From positions 741,850 through 805,849 of the forward strand of contig JAYQTH010000002.1 in NCBI GenBank assembly GCA_038147295.1: DNA of 64,000 bases, written 5' to 3'. The position numbers and the translations under genes were made by a program. Within the stretch, counting starts at the first letter, position 1; each line of letters opens with the position of its first letter. Positions 48,907-57,726 of the stretch are shown here, piece by piece. Under the pieces are notes generated by a model. It saw only the letters and a program-made list of their open reading frames with translations, was not told the DNA's origin and did no database searches. Source of the DNA: Gammaproteobacteria bacterium. GTDB lineage: Bacteria; Pseudomonadota; Gammaproteobacteria; Magnimaribacterales; TMED112.

Positions 48907-49308
48907 TTAACGCCAGATTTCAGGATTCAGGAGATGTTTCTCCATTTCTTGCTGAATAAGGTCAAGGCTTTTTTGAGGACGTAACAATACCTTCATTTCT
49001 GTAAACTTACCTTCCTCATTCCACTTAAAAGTATCAACACCATTAATTTGGATCCCATTTATTTCACATCTAAACTCTAGCATTGCATCGTTTTCCCCAA
49101 TAATCTCTCTCGAATAAGTAAAATTTTCTGCAGTTAGAAAGGTTCTACTTGCAGCAATTAGGTATATAAATCCCATGTACTTTTCTTTGGGTCTAAAGAC
49201 AACTGGTGAATAAAATAAAAATTCATCATCTAGGGTTTCGTATAACAATGATAAATTTGGTTCTTTTATTGATTTATGCCAGTTATCTATTGGATTGATT
49301 TTTTGCAT
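48907..49308 (-). CDS. NTF2/SnoaL-like small protein (hypothetical)
   Basis: 133 aa. The size and alpha+beta pattern (F.SP......G......L......F.Y.......A.LEF...I.G....GVD.F.....GK) suggest a SnoaL-like fold. Certainty is low. Confidence 0.45.
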   Translation of the reverse strand: MQKINPIDNWHKSIKEPNLSLLYETLDDEFLFYSPVVFRPKEKYMGFIYLIAASRTFLTAENFTYSREIIGENDAMLEFRCEINGIQINGVDTFKWNEEGKFTEMKVLLRPQKSLDLIQQEMEKHLLNPEIWR

Positions 49309-50392
49309 ACTCTTCTACCTCGCGCCACACTCGAGCCGTATTACCACCTAAAATCTTAGCGATATCGCTTCTAGAATAACCACGTTTGTAAAGCTCTTCA
49401 ATTAAATTTGGAAATTGCGATACGTCCTTTAAGCCAATGGGCAGTGTATCCCCTACTCCATCATAGTCAGAACCAATCCCAACATGATCAATTCCTGCCA
49501 ATGAGACAGCACGATCGAAATGATCTACAACTTGTTCAAGGGTAGCAAAATTGTAGTCTTCCGTTGGATTGGCATCGTTAGTTCTTGCTTTATCTATAAT
49601 GAAACTTGAACCGAAATTAATTTGTAGAACTCCACCATTTTCTGCTAATTTGATCAACATTTCATCGGAGACATTCCTTTCCCAACCAGGTGTGAAATGT
49701 CTAAGCGAGGAGTGACTTGCAATCACAGGAGCTTTTGAAATTTCAAGCACTTGCATAAAAGCATCATCAGAAACATGAGAAATATCAATCATCATCCCAA
49801 CATTATTCATTTCGACAATAAGCTCTTTCCCGAACGGGCTTAAGCCTTTCCATCTTTTATTTTCATCGTATGATGAATCAGAAATATGATTACTCTCTGA
49901 ATGAGCCAAGGTTATGTAACGAATACCTTTATCATAAAAGTATCGAACTCTATCAAGCTGCCCTTCGATCGGAGCACCATTTTCCATCCCAAGAGCTATT
50001 CCAACTAAGTTTTGTCCAGCCAAATTCCCTAAATAGGTGCTTTGATCCAATAAAAAGTATTTATCATTATTTTCTTTAATCACATCATTAATAATGCCGA
50101 TTAATTGATTTGCTACCTCAAAACTAGTTCCATCAGTCTCAGTGCTGGCAGGCAAATAAATTGAAAAGAAAGGCACATTTAGTCCACCTGCAACTGCTCT
50201 AGGATAATCAAAATCAAAACTAGTTGATTCAGCTATATTTTCGAATTTTCCAGTTTCATCGAGTTGAGCCTTTAATCTATAGGGAATATCAATGTGTGTA
50301 TCAATAATCAAATGATCTTGGGCAAATTTATTTGCATCAAATTGAGTGGTGCAACTACCCAACAATAAAACCAATACAATTACTCTACTCAT
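49283..50392 (-). CDS. Membrane dipeptidase (peptidase M19), lipoprotein
   Basis: IDTHIDIPY, ITLAHS, IDISHVSD, ASHSS and IGSDYDG. I placed the start at MSRVIVLVLLLGSC (ATGAGTAG overlap with the SDR stop). Confidence 0.85.
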   Translation of the reverse strand: MSRVIVLVLLLGSCTTQFDANKFAQDHLIIDTHIDIPYRLKAQLDETGKFENIAESTSFDFDYPRAVAGGLNVPFFSIYLPASTETDGTSFEVANQLIGIINDVIKENNDKYFLLDQSTYLGNLAGQNLVGIALGMENGAPIEGQLDRVRYFYDKGIRYITLAHSESNHISDSSYDENKRWKGLSPFGKELIVEMNNVGMMIDISHVSDDAFMQVLEISKAPVIASHSSLRHFTPGWERNVSDEMLIKLAENGGVLQINFGSSFIIDKARTNDANPTEDYNFATLEQVVDHFDRAVSLAGIDHVGIGSDYDGVGDTLPIGLKDVSQFPNLIEELYKRGYSRSDIAKILGGNTARVWREVEEYAKNQSNR

Positions 50393-51182
50393 ATCTACCA
50401 CCTGCAATTTTATTACCAATAAACCTAATAAAGGATTTAGGTAAATAGCTTAAGCCACTAACTAAAAATCTATAGATACCACCAGAAATTACTATCTCTT
50501 TATTTTTAAACATTCCATCTATTCCCTCTTTAGCAACATGTTCTGCTGAATACTTCATAAATTTTGGCACCTTATCCATCCTATCCTGCGTGCCACTAAC
50601 GCTATGAAATTCAGTGATAGTAAAACCTGGGCACAATGCTGTTGCATAGATATTGTGCTTGTTATAGGCAACATTCAAAGCTTCAACAAATCTATTCATG
50701 AAGGTTTTTACAGGACCATACAAGGTAGCAAATTCTCCAGATGGTGGTGCAAATCCAGCAACAGACGAAACTACCATTATTCTACCGCCCCCACGATTAA
50801 TTAATGTTTTTATGAACAGTTTGCTTTGCATAATAACCGACAGGCCTAACACTCTTAAACAATCTTCTTCGTCCTCTAGTGATACATCCTCAAATTTTTT
50901 GTGGTGTTGGTAGCCAGCATTAAGAATTAATACCTCAACATCTATATTATTTTGTTCAACATAGTTAAAAATATTTTGTGGTGCATCCTTGTTTGTTAGG
51001 TCTTCTGTCAAATAGTCGACCTTTATGTTGAATTTATTTTGCAGCTCCTTTGAAATGTCCTTTAATCTTTCTTCTCTGCGTGCAACCAAAATAAGGTTGT
51101 ATCCTCTTTCTGCTAATTGATAAGAAATAGCTTTTCCAATACCAGCTGTAGGACCGGTAATAATTGCATAACTCATAGTCAC
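50385..51182 (-). CDS. Short-chain dehydrogenase/reductase
   Basis: 265 aa with ITGPTAGIG, NAG and the catalytic S...Y...K arrangement (YGPVK). Confidence 0.9.
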   Translation of the reverse strand: MTMSYAIITGPTAGIGKAISYQLAERGYNLILVARREERLKDISKELQNKFNIKVDYLTEDLTNKDAPQNIFNYVEQNNIDVEVLILNAGYQHHKKFEDVSLEDEEDCLRVLGLSVIMQSKLFIKTLINRGGGRIMVVSSVAGFAPPSGEFATLYGPVKTFMNRFVEALNVAYNKHNIYATALCPGFTITEFHSVSGTQDRMDKVPKFMKYSAEHVAKEGIDGMFKNKEIVISGGIYRFLVSGLSYLPKSFIRFIGNKIAGGRYE

Positions 51183-51391
51183 CTCCTTTAAATTAAATTA
51201 TAGATTTAAATTTGATAAAAAAATAATTTAATATTGATTATTTAATAATCACTTTGGTTATTTTTTAATCATAAAGAAATTTAATAATTTAATTAATTAA
51301 ACTTTTTTTATTTTTTTTATGCTCCGGAAGTAACTTAAATAAGGGTTTTAGAGAATAAGAAAAAAAAGTAGTATTTTTTTTTACATTATAC

Positions 51392-51418
51392 TTGCATAAA
51401 GAAATTCTCTTTTATAAA
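51392..51418 (+). promoter_or_regulatory. Candidate sigma70 promoter for the intergenic RNA
   Basis: TTGCAT (51392-51397), a 15-nt spacer, then TATAAA (51413-51418). The spacer is shorter than optimal, so this call is tentative. Confidence 0.3.
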
Positions 51419-51424
51419 GTAGTC

Positions 51425-51650
51425 CTTACCTCGCGGTAACAGACTAAGAAGGGAACTGCAGAACCCAAATTAGAAAGAAACCACAGGCAGAGAACAGAAA
51501 GGTGAAAGTTCAAGTAAGCTAGCCGGCAAAAAAGCAAACTTGACCACCAAGGATAAAAGAGATCTTATCCAAGGATGCAAAAGATAATCTCACTTTTGAC
51601 ACCTACTGATCTCGAACTTAAAGAAAACTGAGCTTGCTCAGTTTTTTTTT
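51425..51650 (+). ncRNA. Candidate structured small RNA or pheA 5-prime leader (unclassified)
   Basis: A ~225-nt segment has about 41% G+C by hand count over 51421-51620. The flank at 51241-51340 has about 15%. The segment is strongly purine-rich and has no ORF above 18 codons. Local hairpins include GGTG..TCAAGT/ACTTGA.CACC at 51501-51549, GGATAA/TTATCC at 51551-51570 and CAAAAG/CTTTTG at 51578-51598. It ends in a strong intrinsic terminator. The 5-prime end is an estimate. Confidence 0.4.
51624..51650 (+). terminator. Intrinsic terminator
   Basis: The sequence AAAACTGAG-CTTG-CTCAGTTTTTTTTT is a stem with a tetraloop, A-tract/U-tract extension and a 9-T run. It lies 27 nt upstream of the pheA GTG. 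Confidence 0.7.
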
Positions 51651-51676
51651 GTCTAAAAAATCATTACAATCCAATC

Positions 51677-52492
51677 GTGAAAGTTTTCTACCTAGGCCCT
51701 GAGGGCACGAACTCTAATTTAGCAGCGCAAGAAATATTTACTGCAGAGTTTGACTATGTTCCTCTTCCTTCAATTGAGGACATATTTCAAAAGGTAGCTT
51801 TAAGTCATTCTTATTATGGCGTTATTCCATTTGAAAATTCATATCAAGGCGTAATAAATTCGTCATTAAATTGTCTGATCGATTACGATTTAAAAATTGT
51901 AAAAGAACTTAATTTTGCCATCAGCCATTCTTTTTGCTCATCTAATAAAGATGTTGCAGATATAAATGTTCTAAAAATTGCTAGCCATCCTCAGGTTCTT
52001 GGTCAATGTAATTATTGGTTGAGTAGCAATTATCCAAATGCAGAAAAAATTGTCTGCACAAGCACTGCAGAGGCAGCAAAAATGGCTAGTGATAATGCTG
52101 ATATCTTTTGTATTGCTAATGAATATGCAATTAAGCTGTTCAATTTATATTCTCATGCAAAAGATATACAGGATTCATCTAACAACTCAACAAGATTTTT
52201 AGTAATTGGCAAGATGATTGAGGAACGTTCATCATCAAACAAGACATCGATTATGGTTAATATTGCTGATACTCCTGGATCGCTTATGAAAATTTTGCAA
52301 CCCTTTTCAGATTTGGCTATAAATATGACACGTATAGAAACAAGACCCTCTAGAAATAACCAATATTTACATACTTTTTTTATAGATTTTGAAGGTTGGT
52401 ATGAAGATAGCAACATACAGAAACTATTAAATATTTTGGAAGATATTTCAGAAGAATTACGAATAATAGGTTCTTATCCGGTAAAGTCTTAA
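51677..52492 (+). CDS. pheA: Prephenate dehydratase (PDT + ACT domains, monofunctional)
   Basis: 271 aa with YLGPEGTNS, IPFENS..G, TRF and the ACT region S.....PG.L...L..F.....NMTRIETRP. The start is GTG. Confidence 0.85.
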   Translation: MKVFYLGPEGTNSNLAAQEIFTAEFDYVPLPSIEDIFQKVALSHSYYGVIPFENSYQGVINSSLNCLIDYDLKIVKELNFAISHSFCSSNKDVADINVLKIASHPQVLGQCNYWLSSNYPNAEKIVCTSTAEAAKMASDNADIFCIANEYAIKLFNLYSHAKDIQDSSNNSTRFLVIGKMIEERSSSNKTSIMVNIADTPGSLMKILQPFSDLAINMTRIETRPSRNNQYLHTFFIDFEGWYEDSNIQKLLNILEDISEELRIIGSYPVKS

Positions 52493-53448
52493 CTATTATC
52501 TGCTAGATGTTGAGATAAGGGCTCACTAAATGCTTCCAAGATTTCTTGGCTTAATAAATGACCCATATCTTTTATTTCAATAAAACTGCTATTTTTTATT
52601 AACTCGTGTGATCTTTTTCCCTCTGATATAGGAATAAGTGGATCTAGAGTGCCGTGAATAATAAGTGTTGGCGTAGAAATCTTTTGAATACTATTAATTC
52701 GCTTGCGGTCTGCAATGATTGCTAATAACTGCCTAGAAAAACCTGTGTCATTAGGGCTCCTTTCTATATTTTTTTTAACTCCTTGACGAAATTCCGGGTT
52801 ATTGAAGTTCTCTTTACCTGTACCAAGCAGTGTGTAGATTTCTATTGCTCTATCAATTCTTTGTTCATCAGTTAATGATTGTCCTGCCCTATTACGAAGT
52901 AGTTCACCCAAACGGCCCTTAGGGGCAGTACTTGCATCTGGCGCTTTGGCCATTGATGCAATTTGAGTGTATGAATAGAATCGGTTTGGATTATTTATCA
53001 AGACATGCTGAGAGATCATTCCACCCATTGACATCCCGATGAGGTGTGATTTTTCTATATCTAAGTTATCTAAAATAGCAATGATGTCATTGGACATATC
53101 ATCAAGAGAGTATGGAGATTTAATTGGCAGGTTCAAATAGAATTTAAGGTAATTTAAAAATACATTTGGTCTACCTGCCGATTCAAAGCTAGTGGATAAG
53201 CCGACATCCCGATTATCGAATATTATTGGTCGATAGCCACTCTCGATTAAAAAATCTAAAAGGTAGTCAGGCCAATAGGTTAACTGCCCTCCTAGACCCA
53301 TTACAAGGATTACTGGTGTATTTTCAGTAGGACCAAGATCTTTATAGAAAATATCAACTTGACCATTTCTGGCATATCCTTCGTTACTTGCAATGAGGTT
53401 TGTAGAAAAAAATAGGCAAAGAATAAATATAAATAACTTTTTTATCAT
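52489..53448 (-). CDS. Alpha/beta hydrolase, secreted
   Basis: 319 aa with a signal peptide, an oxyanion-hole-like motif VMGLGG, the nucleophile elbow GMSMGG and a C-terminal GH. Confidence 0.8.
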   Translation of the reverse strand: MIKKLFIFILCLFFSTNLIASNEGYARNGQVDIFYKDLGPTENTPVILVMGLGGQLTYWPDYLLDFLIESGYRPIIFDNRDVGLSTSFESAGRPNVFLNYLKFYLNLPIKSPYSLDDMSNDIIAILDNLDIEKSHLIGMSMGGMISQHVLINNPNRFYSYTQIASMAKAPDASTAPKGRLGELLRNRAGQSLTDEQRIDRAIEIYTLLGTGKENFNNPEFRQGVKKNIERSPNDTGFSRQLLAIIADRKRINSIQKISTPTLIIHGTLDPLIPISEGKRSHELIKNSSFIEIKDMGHLLSQEILEAFSEPLSQHLADNS

Positions 53449-53453
53449 TGTAT

Positions 53454-53798
53454 TTATTTAAAGAAATTAAACATTTTTGAATCCATATTTCGTAAGTAAC
53501 TATAGACAGTCACAAGAATTAACGAAATACAAATCGGATAAAAGTAAGTTTCTATAAAAACTAATGGATTGATAAAAATTTGATTAAAGTTATTAATGAT
53601 AGAAAAGATTAATTCATGATTGATTGCACCAATTACTATAAACACAAGAAAAAACATTAAATCAATAATACCAATAGATGCTGATGATCTTATCTTTGAC
53701 ATCATTACTACGTATCTAGCTAACAAATTAGGATTATTGACTTTATAGTGTTTAAGCTTCTCGCCTGCAATAGCATTTTTTAGGTTATTGTTTCTCAT
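53454..53798 (-). CDS. Small membrane protein downstream of the ECF sigma (possible anti-sigma; unsupported by motif)
   Basis: 114 aa with two to three TM helices. The start overlaps the sigma stop (ATGA). No zf-HC2 or RskA motif is seen. Confidence 0.45.
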   Translation of the reverse strand: MRNNNLKNAIAGEKLKHYKVNNPNLLARYVVMMSKIRSSASIGIIDLMFFLVFIVIGAINHELIFSIINNFNQIFINPLVFIETYFYPICISLILVTVYSYLRNMDSKMFNFFK

Positions 53799-54286
53799 TT
53801 TAACTTCTCTAAAGCTCTTTTTATTACCGACTTTACAGTATTTAGATTCATACTAAGATCTCTAGCTATATCGGCATTTTTATAGTCATAAATGTACTTC
53901 ATCGTAAGGATTGTGCGCTCATCTGATGAAAGATCACTGATTAGTTTATAAAAATCTTGATCATCTCCTCTATTTTCGTTGGCACTGATGTGATCCATAT
54001 TTTCTTCTAAGTTATATTTTGCATGTTTTTTCACTTCTGTACGAAAACAATTAATTGCTATAGTCGCAAGCCATCCTCTGAATTCTTTTTCTGGATTGTA
54101 AGATTTAAGATAAGAGATGGCTCTTAGAAAAGCAGTTTGAGTTAAATCCTCAGCAAACATTTGATTACCGCCTGTAAGACGCATCATAAAACCATAAATA
54201 TAGTTTGAATGTCTTTTAATAAGCTCTTCGAAATGTTCATTACCTTCTTGTATACATTTCTCTACTATTTCTTGATCTGAGATCAT
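53795..54286 (-). CDS. ECF-type RNA polymerase sigma-70 family factor
   Basis: 163 aa. Region 2 is IYGFMMRLTG....AEDLTQTAFLRA, and region 4 is ERTILTMKYIYDYKNADIARDLSMNLNTVKSVIKRALEKL. Confidence 0.85.
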   Translation of the reverse strand: MISDQEIVEKCIQEGNEHFEELIKRHSNYIYGFMMRLTGGNQMFAEDLTQTAFLRAISYLKSYNPEKEFRGWLATIAINCFRTEVKKHAKYNLEENMDHISANENRGDDQDFYKLISDLSSDERTILTMKYIYDYKNADIARDLSMNLNTVKSVIKRALEKLK

Positions 54287-54828
54287 TAAACATTAGCTGG
54301 TCTATCTTTTCTAATGATGTACTTCCCAACTAATTCAGCTAATCCAATAAAGAAGATCAATGCACCAATCCCTGAAAGTGGGTTGTAAAAGCTCTGAAAT
54401 AACAGAAGCCCAAAGAACATTAGACCCAGCCCAGTACCGGTAGTAGTGAATGCTTGATAGGAGTCTTTTTTCTTTTCTCCCTCATATCCAGGAAGAGACT
54501 TGATGACATCAACAGACAGCTCTTGGCCGTTTTGCAATGCTATTTGTAAAGTTTCATGTACTAGTTTTGCTCGTCTGTTTTTAAAAAAATTAACTATTAA
54601 AACTATCCATATTGGCAAACCAAAAAATATGATTACAAAAAATAGCCCAGTAAGTCGTCCAACATATGACTCACCAGACCACGGTGCATTCGAGGAGATT
54701 TCACTGCTGCTTGGAGAGATGCTCTCTAAACTTGTTTGAATATAAACACTTATGGAATGCATAAGATAATTTAAAGAATCAGATAAAAACTGACCAAGAA
54801 GAAGTATTAGTTCGCTTAAAGTTTCCAT
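54286..54828 (-). CDS. Membrane protein upstream of the ECF sigma (hypothetical)
   Basis: 180 aa. TM helices flank an amphipathic segment RRAKLVHETLQIALQNGQELSVDVIKSL. Its stop overlaps the sigma start by one base. Confidence 0.45.
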   Translation of the reverse strand: METLSELILLLGQFLSDSLNYLMHSISVYIQTSLESISPSSSEISSNAPWSGESYVGRLTGLFFVIIFFGLPIWIVLIVNFFKNRRAKLVHETLQIALQNGQELSVDVIKSLPGYEGEKKKDSYQAFTTTGTGLGLMFFGLLLFQSFYNPLSGIGALIFFIGLAELVGKYIIRKDRPANV

Positions 54829-54895
54829 ATACCAAATATACTAACAGTTCATTAAAAGAGTTGCATATAAATGACTTAAAGGAATTTTTGTTTTA

Positions 54896-55765
54896 TCAGC
54901 TGTAAAATCTACGCCATAGATTGATGCCAAAAATTAATGAAATTAACCACAACAGTACTTCTATATAGTTTGGATTTGAGTTGTAGCCAAAAAAACCCTT
55001 AGCAAACTCACCCGCATAACCTGAGTCATGCAAGGGGTGATAATATAGGCCCTTACTTCTATCGTACCTATAGAGGATATCGTTGTCTGGTTTCTCAGAT
55101 GTTGGCTGCAATATATCCCATGGTCGTGCAATTTGATTTTTTTCAATATAACCAGATTTTTCTAAATACTCTTCAGCTTCATGTGTGCCGTAAGCAACCA
55201 TACCGGATGCCAAAAGTACCAATAATAGTGTAGTGCCTTTAAAAAACGGCCTTAAATTAATTTTCTTTCCCAATACTACTACTAAATAACCAATATAAAG
55301 CGCCAATACTGCACCCAAAATAAAACCAATAAATGAAAAACCATCGCCTCGGTCCTGGGCCAGTAACATAACTACTGTTTCAAACCCTTCCCTTAAAATT
55401 GAAAAGAACACTACCCAAAACACACCCCAAGATGACATCTTCAAAGCTTGTTCTGTTTTAGATTCAAGGTCCTTACGATCCGAAACATGTTTTGATAGCC
55501 AAAATACAACATACCAAATTAAACCTGCAGCAGCATACATAAACAGTGCTTCAAATAATTTTTCATAGCGGGTATCGCCAGCTACTGATTTAAGGTAAAC
55601 CACTATAAATGCTACAAAAATACTAGCTAGCACTGATGCACCAACGCCAAGCCATAGTTTTGAAATTGCTTCAGTTAGATTAGAACGAGATAAAAAGCTA
55701 TAAATGATACCAACTATTAGTGACGCTTCTAAGCATTCTCGAAAGACAATTATAAACTCGTTCAT
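54896..55765 (-). CDS. FTR1/EfeU-family high-affinity iron permease
   Basis: Two REXXE-type motifs are present (FRECLEASL and LREGFETV) along with seven TM helices. I placed the start at the ATG (MNEFIIVF) at 55765. The track used the TTG at 55774. Confidence 0.85.
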   Translation of the reverse strand: MNEFIIVFRECLEASLIVGIIYSFLSRSNLTEAISKLWLGVGASVLASIFVAFIVVYLKSVAGDTRYEKLFEALFMYAAAGLIWYVVFWLSKHVSDRKDLESKTEQALKMSSWGVFWVVFFSILREGFETVVMLLAQDRGDGFSFIGFILGAVLALYIGYLVVVLGKKINLRPFFKGTTLLLVLLASGMVAYGTHEAEEYLEKSGYIEKNQIARPWDILQPTSEKPDNDILYRYDRSKGLYYHPLHDSGYAGEFAKGFFGYNSNPNYIEVLLWLISLIFGINLWRRFYS

Positions 55766-55782
55766 TGTTAACAAATACTAAT

Positions 55783-55801
55783 GAGAATGATTCTCATTTG
55801 C
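55783..55801. promoter_or_regulatory. Fur box within the FTR1 promoter
   Basis: GAGAATGATTCTCATTTGC is identical to Fur box 2 at 39407-39425. On the minus strand the layout is TTGCAA (55798-55803), a 17-nt spacer that is the box, TAGTAT (55775-55780), then 9 nt to the ATG. Confidence 0.7.
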
Positions 55802-55824
55802 AATAAATATAGTTCAAAATAGTC

Positions 55825-56787
55825 TTATTTTATTGGTATTGATACTTGGTTGAGGTTATCTAAGAAGAATGGAATGCCTGGTTGCGAAGTTGCGAAAATA
55901 ACATCCTTAGATATTAAATCTTTAATTAAAGCTGGAGGTTCATAAAGGTCTTCTTTGGATAAGAAAAAGGTTCCCCAATGTATGCCATAGGCAAATTGAA
56001 TATTAAGATCATTATAGATTTTTACTGCCTCTTCTGGATTAACATGATGTTCCATTTCAACTTCTCTAGGTGCATAAGAGCCGATAGGAATAAATGCCAA
56101 ATCAAGGTTTTGCATAAATTCTGGAAATTTAATAAACCTGTCGTCGTAAGCGGTATCACCAAAATGAGCCACTGTATAATTATTTGATTTTAAATACCAA
56201 CCACCCCAAAGGCTTGCTTTTTTATCAAAAAAACCACGCGCTGACCAATGCTTAACGGGGAAGAAAACTATCTGAAGATTTTTATCAACAATCTCATCCC
56301 ACCAATTTAGTTCTCTTACATTGGATAAACCTTTCCTTAACAATAATTTCTGGTCGCCCATAGGAACATAGAAAATTATATCTTTGTTGCTCTCTTGTAG
56401 CTGTCGCAGACTGGGAATATCTAAGTGATCGTAATGATTGTGAGAGATAAAGACCTTATCAATCTTTGGTAAATTTTTAATATCAATTGCTGGAGGAATA
56501 ATTCGTTTTGGCCCAATAAAAGAAACTGGCGAAGATCTCTCTGAAAATATTGGGTCAAATAAAACGTTAACGCCATCTAAATTTAAATAGATGGTTGCAT
56601 GCCCAATCCATGTAAAAGAATTGTCTAAGCTTTCTTGCTGTTGCCAGACGTTAGATACACCAATATTTTCTCCGTCTCCTCTTGAATCAAGTGTATTTAG
56701 CAGTGATTTAAACTCACTGTAGATATACATTGATAATCCAAGGAAAACGATAGCAAGACCAATTAAAAGAACCCTAAAAATATTCAT
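55825..56787 (-). CDS. MBL-fold metallohydrolase (NAPE-PLD-like), membrane-anchored
   Basis: 320 aa with an N-terminal TM helix, W.GHAT, DP.FS and ISHNHYDHLD. Confidence 0.75.
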   Translation of the reverse strand: MNIFRVLLIGLAIVFLGLSMYIYSEFKSLLNTLDSRGDGENIGVSNVWQQQESLDNSFTWIGHATIYLNLDGVNVLFDPIFSERSSPVSFIGPKRIIPPAIDIKNLPKIDKVFISHNHYDHLDIPSLRQLQESNKDIIFYVPMGDQKLLLRKGLSNVRELNWWDEIVDKNLQIVFFPVKHWSARGFFDKKASLWGGWYLKSNNYTVAHFGDTAYDDRFIKFPEFMQNLDLAFIPIGSYAPREVEMEHHVNPEEAVKIYNDLNIQFAYGIHWGTFFLSKEDLYEPPALIKDLISKDVIFATSQPGIPFFLDNLNQVSIPIK

Positions 56788-56842
56788 TAGATGTACATTA
56801 TGAAATTAATAGAAATAATTAAAGTCTTTTCATAAACTGTTA

Positions 56843-57703
56843 ATGCTTAAATTAATTAAGATGAATATGTTTCGAATTATTTTAGTGTTGTTTCTGGTTT
56901 CCTGCTCAAATGCAGTAATTAACGAAAAATCAGAAAATTACGATAGTAGAGTACGTTACCTAATCATTCATTACACATCAGAAAATTTTGCTGAAAGTCT
57001 TAGACTTTTAACGCAAAGAACCGACCGTCCGGTAAGTGCACATTATCTAATTCCAGAGTCGAATGACGTAACTTATACAAAAGATAATTTACGCATTTAC
57101 CAACTGGTTGATGAGAACAATCGTGCCTGGCATGCGGGATTAAGTTATTGGGGTGGTGAACGTGGATTAAATGACAATTCTATAGGTATTGAAATTGTTA
57201 ATACCTCTGGTTGTGATAAATCAATCAATCAATTAGATCGATTTGAAGACTTACAAGCATCATGTAACTTTAAAGAATTTGATGGTGATCAAATTGATTT
57301 AGTTGTTAACTTATTACGAGATATTATTGAGCGTCATCCTGACATTAAACCAAAGAATATAGTAGGACATTCAGATATTGCACCCGACCGTAAAGTTGAT
57401 CCAGGCCCCTTCTTTCCTTGGTTTAAGCTTTATGAAAGAGGGTTTGGTGCCTGGTATGAAGCAAGTGATTATGAATACTTTTTAAATAAATTTAACAATG
57501 AACTGCCAAACATTATGAAACTACAAGAAGCTCTTGCTAATTATGGGTATGAAATAGAAGCTACTGGAGTTGAAGACAAACAATCCAAAAATGCGGTGAG
57601 AGCTTTCCAGCTACATTTTAGACCTAATAAATACGATGGTCTGTTTGATAAGGAGTCAGCTGCAATTATTTATGCGCTGAATAAAAAATACCAGGATAGT
57701 TAG
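56843..57703 (+). CDS. N-acetylmuramoyl-L-alanine amidase (Amidase_2, AmiD-like) with C-terminal peptidoglycan-binding repeat
   Basis: 286 aa with the lipoprotein signal LFLVSCS, then IIHYT, AHYLI, AWHAG.S.W, IGIEIVN, GHSDIAPDRK.DPGP.FPW and a C-terminal LQ..L...GY......D..S..AV.AFQ. Confidence 0.85.
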   Translation: MLKLIKMNMFRIILVLFLVSCSNAVINEKSENYDSRVRYLIIHYTSENFAESLRLLTQRTDRPVSAHYLIPESNDVTYTKDNLRIYQLVDENNRAWHAGLSYWGGERGLNDNSIGIEIVNTSGCDKSINQLDRFEDLQASCNFKEFDGDQIDLVVNLLRDIIERHPDIKPKNIVGHSDIAPDRKVDPGPFFPWFKLYERGFGAWYEASDYEYFLNKFNNELPNIMKLQEALANYGYEIEATGVEDKQSKNAVRAFQLHFRPNKYDGLFDKESAAIIYALNKKYQDS

Positions 57704-57720
57704 TGCGGCCGAAGCCGCAC
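57703..57720. terminator. GC-rich hairpin between convergent genes (bidirectional terminator candidate)
   Basis: GTGCGGC-cgaa-GCCGCAC has a 7-bp all-strong stem. It sits in the 23-nt gap between the amidase stop and the convergent gene stop. U-tracts are weak on both sides. Confidence 0.55.
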
Positions 57721-57726
57721 ATTGGT

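Noticed and set aside
51428-51445. Minus-strand GTTACCGCGAGG resembling the ACCGCG core of a T-box
   Set aside because: Only a 6-7 nt match is present. No specifier-loop or antiterminator architecture and no adjacent terminator on that strand were evident. T-boxes are also not expected in this lineage.
51541-51556. Tandem TGG-TGG (Trp-Trp) on the minus strand of the large intergenic region, which would suggest a trp leader peptide for the downstream minus-strand block
   Set aside because: In that frame a TAA lies six codons upstream of the Trp pair. No ATG, GTG or TTG occurs between it and the Trp codons, so no leader peptide can be initiated.
51563-51572. TTATCCAAG resembling a DnaA box (TTATCCACA), plus an AT-rich tract, as a possible replication origin
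   Set aside because: It is a single imperfect box with no cluster of boxes, and there is no dnaA/dnaN/gidA context. The AT-rich tract is better explained as promoter DNA for the divergent genes.
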